A DNA stretch of 53,222 nucleotides, filler included, from Bipalium vagum (taxonomy: Eukaryota): NCBI GenBank assembly GCA_037834085.1. It is 3 parts of 3 records of this genome, joined end to end, with 100 filler letters (N's around TTAATTAATTAA, not from the genome) between each part and the next. Parts side by side here need not be neighbours in the genome. Positions count along the whole stretch, not along the records: positions 36,504 to 53,222 come from JBBMKC010096860.1; 2 more parts are not named here. The stretch is one strand, 5' to 3'. Every line of letters begins with the position of its first letter. Position 1 is the first letter of the stretch. Shown here piece by piece: positions 53,148 through 53,222 of the stretch. The translations under genes and the position numbers were made by a program. The notes beneath the pieces were generated by a model. It had not been told where the DNA came from. It worked only from the letters and a program-made list of their open reading frames with translations, and made no database searches.

Positions 53148-53222
53148 TTAGGTTGGTGCAAAAGTAATGCAATCGACTTTGTTTTGTATAGACAGTCGTA
53201 TTTCATTAGTAAAATCAGTGTT
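53148..53222 (+). mobile_element. Terminal inverted repeat of a mariner element running off the window
   Basis: TA-TTAGGTTGGTGCAAAAGTAAT closely resembles Hsmar1/MADE1-type TIRs. Confidence 0.65.

Noticed and set aside
1-53222. CRISPR array or prokaryotic operon
   Set aside because: No regularly spaced repeat-spacer array; genes have spliceosomal introns.

Overview
AT-rich eukaryotic (animal-like, probably invertebrate) genomic DNA with short GT-AG introns, mostly 43-54 nt. Two 100-bp N44-TTAATTAATTAA-N44 spacers (17845-17944, 36404-36503) look like artificial six-frame-stop linkers, so the window probably joins at least three contigs; there is also a 136-N gap. Host genes reconstructed by hand: a ~919-aa double-length (pseudo-dimeric) cytoplasmic tyrosyl-tRNA synthetase, eIF2B alpha, a Methuselah/adhesion-like class B GPCR, a divergent ferritin lacking key ferroxidase ligands, the 3' part of an unidentified coiled-coil/Ser-rich protein, and the 3' part of a small single-pass membrane protein with a YPQQ-rich tail. 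The rest is mostly decayed transposons (mariner, Tc1, rosa/DD41D-like, Chapaev3-like, Gypsy, Polinton-like, RLE non-LTR, MITEs). Most notable: (1) a 354-bp non-autonomous LTR element (TRIM) whose two LTRs each contain a tRNA-Ala-like Pol III cassette, with PBS and polypurine tract (42683-43036); (2) the TyrRS, whose halves appear to split catalysis and anticodon recognition. All family assignments are motif recognition from memory; no searches were run.
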